A DNA stretch of 64,000 nucleotides from Takakia lepidozioides (taxonomy: Eukaryota; Plantae; Bryophyta), in assembly GCA_030704615.1 (NCBI GenBank), contig CM060733.1, forward strand, positions 42,718,001-42,782,000, given 5' to 3'. Below are positions 61,721-64,000 of the stretch, piece after piece. The translations under genes were made by a program, and so were the position numbers. The notes beneath the pieces are model-generated. The model was not told the DNA's origin, searched no databases, and saw only the letters and a program-made list of their open reading frames with translations. Position 1 is the stretch's first letter, and every line of letters starts with the position of its first letter.

Positions 61721-62170
61721 CCGAATTTCCATCCTGCAGGTAAGTCGGATCGGTGCCATATGGATATTCGGCGCCGAATTTCGATTCGCCATTTATTTCT
61801 GAGCGAGGGAGGAATTCCCTCCGTGCAGGTAATTCCCATATAAGAATTACCTTCGTGCAGGTAATTCACATGAAGAATTACCTTCATGCAGGTAATTCCA
61901 GATGAGAATTACCTTGTGCAGGTAATTCTGGACGAGGATAACATCGATTGGAATTACCTGCAGGAAGGTAATGTCATCTGGAAATTACCTGCACAAAGGT
62001 AATTCTTGTATGCGAATACCTGCACGAAGGTAATTCTTATAGGGGAATTACCTGCACGAAGGTAATTCCTCGCTCAGAAAATAAATGGCGAGTGGAAATC
62101 CGGCGCCGAATATCATACGGCAATGATCGACTTACCTGCTGGATGGAAATTCGCGCCGAATTTCCATTCA
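61712..62170. repeat. Large imperfect inverted repeat centred at ~61945
   Basis: TCGCCATTTATTTCTGAGCGAGG (61786) vs CCTCGCTCAGAAAATAAATGGCGA (62068); GCAGGTAATTC units on the left, GAATTACCTGC units on the right. Confidence 0.85.
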
Positions 62171-63450
62171 TCCAGATTCGAATTACCTGCAGGATGGAAA
62201 TTCGGCGCCGAATATCCATATGGCACGATCCGACTTACTGCTGGATGGAAATTCGGCGCCGAATTTCCATTCATCCACGATTCGAATTACCTGCAGGATG
62301 GAAATTCGGCGCCGAATATCCATATGGCACCGATCCGACTTACCTGCTGGATGGAAATTCGGCGCCGAATTTCCATTCATCCATGATTCGAATTACCTGC
62401 AGGATGGAAATTCGGCGCCGAATATCCATATGGCACCGATCCGACTTACCTGCTGGATGGAAATTCGGCGCCGAATTTCCATTCATCCACGATTCGCATT
62501 TACCTGCAGGATGGAAATTCGGCGCCGAATATCCATATGGCACCGATCCGACTTACCTGCTGGATGGAAATTCGGCGCCAGAATTTCCATTCATCATGAT
62601 TCGAATTACCTGCTGGATGGAAATTCGGCGGAATTTCCATTCATCCACGATTCGAATTACCTGCAGGATGGAAATTCGGCGCCGAATATCCATATGGCAC
62701 CGATCCGACTTACCTGTGGATGGAAATTCGGCGCCGAATCTCATCCATCCGAGATTCCACTTACCTGCTGGATGGAAATTCGGCGGCGAATCTCCATCCG
62801 GGGGGATGGTCTCTGTCGGAGAGGTGCCGCCTCTCCGCCGCTCTGTTGGATATTCGGTGCCGAATTTCCGTCCCGGGGGTTGAAATATGACTGCCAGGTT
62901 CCGAACCTCTCCCCCCTCCCCGACTTCATTGGAACGGCCCCGAATTGAAATTCGGCGCCGTTTTCTCATCTGTGGAGGAGGTTTTTATGTCGGCCAGTTT
63001 TCGCTCTGACACGCCGACAACACTTCCTTGGGGGGGCCGGATGGAAATTCGGCGCCGAATGGCCGTCCAGGGGATGTTCTCTGTCGCACACTGGCCGGCC
63101 TCTGTGCCCCAGGCGACTTCATCCGGGCGTCCCTGTTCGATATTCGTTGCCGAATTTCCGTCCGGGGGTTGAAATGTGACAGCCAACTGCAGGCCACTCC
63201 CCCCTCCCCGACTGCATCCGAATCGCCCCGGATGGAAATTCGGCGCCGTTTTTCCATCTGGGGATGTTTTTATGCCGTCCAGTTTTCGGCCTGACCCCCG
63301 ACACGACTCCCTTTGGGGGGACCGGATGGAAATTCGGCGCCGAATCCATCCAGAAGATGTTATCTGTCGCACACACTCCGGCCTCTGCGCCCGAGGCGAC
63401 TTCATCCGGGCTTCCTCTGTTGGATGTGGGGTGCCGAATTTCCATTCGGG
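62130..63450. repeat. ~106-bp tandem repeat (62130-62790) and dispersed palindrome copies (to ~63450), opposite in polarity to the 137-bp array
   Basis: GAATTACCTGCAGGATGGAAATTCGGCGCCGAATATCCATATGGCAC at 62180, 62284 and 62390. Confidence 0.9.
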
Positions 63451-64000
63451 GGTAGTAATGTGACGGCACGGTGCCGGCTTATCCCCTTCAGCCGTCATCA
63501 TCCGGACGGCCCCCACTTTCTGACTGCATACCGTTGGCAGTTATTGCGCAAGACGAGGGGCCGCATTCCGGAGACAAGGTTCATTAACACTCTGACTGTG
63601 GATTTTTGAGATTTGGCTCCCTGGATTTGGATCAGGCTTCGTCGCTCGGACAAATCGGCATCGCATTCATTCCCATCGCTGCACCCCCTTCTACCAGGGA
63701 GCTTCCCCGCACGCCATCCTGGCAGTCTTGTGTGCACATCTCCCATGGCGGAAAAAACCCGAGCGCTACAGTGTACTGCCCCCCTCACGAGCATAGAGCT
63801 CATTTCCGTGCAGAGGGGACACCTGCCGGTGATGGAGAAATATCTGTGCGTTCGATACCACCTGAAACCGGGGTCGGTTTTTTTGGAGGAGGAAAGGAAG
63901 GACTCAAACGGCCTGTTGTCGAGAGTATTGTTGTGCTCCACGATGATTTCGGCGATGGCAGGGAATGGCGAGTTCCACCATCGGACAGCGTCATATACAG

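Larger units (their letters stand above)
52792..64000 (-). mobile_element. Family D element copy D2 (one terminus at ~52792; continues beyond the window)
   Basis: Begins AGGGGGCTGCTATTTCATGAGCGGCATGAGC exactly where family A sequence stops, at the same boundary as D1. No transposase is seen within the window. Confidence 0.75.

Noticed and set aside
60050-62800. CRISPR-like array of palindromic repeats
   Set aside because: The intervening sequences are themselves repeated rather than unique spacers, there are no cas genes, and the context is eukaryotic.
59993-62969. Many 'MEIRRRISIR' ORFs (also 26803-27451 and 55413-56449)
   Set aside because: They are by-products of stop-poor tandem palindromes and appear on both strands.

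Overview
Eukaryotic, repeat-only DNA with no intact host gene. A PPR E/E+ fragment and the retroelement types suggest a non-seed land plant (inference). The window is a deep nest of mobile elements with one 500-N gap and many single-base indels that may partly be assembly errors. (1) Family A is a non-chromovirus Ty3/Gypsy element with ~0.9-1.07 kb TG..CA LTRs, an Arg-type PBS, gag-PR-RT-RH-IN and a ~1,180-aa extra 3' ORF. It occurs four times: 3' half at 1-5980, near full-length at 11035-26277 (-), solo LTR at 34449-35477, 3' part at 48633-52791 (-). (2) A related Gypsy, family B, lies at 5981-10534. (3) Element C (29458-41881, 4-bp TSD) is a decayed Gypsy-type element with a DNMT3-like C5-cytosine methyltransferase between protease and RT, a PHD finger after integrase, and no detectable LTR pair. 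(4) Family D is the most unusual: a large element with a defined GGGGG(G)CTGCTATTTCATGAGC terminus. It carries a 10-exon, ~1,490-aa gene that, once spliced, fuses a ParB/Srx-like domain (DGNHR) to a prokaryote-type beta-class N4C/N6A DNA methyltransferase domain, and it is surrounded by arrays of the palindrome GGATGGAAATTCGGCGCCGAATTTCCATCC. Copy D2 (52792->64000, gene on -) is almost intact, D1 (26278-43830) is degraded, and a diverged relative probably starts at 45455. An L1 3' fragment and PPR and RING-H2 gene fragments are also present. All domain calls come from motifs read by eye; no database searches were run.
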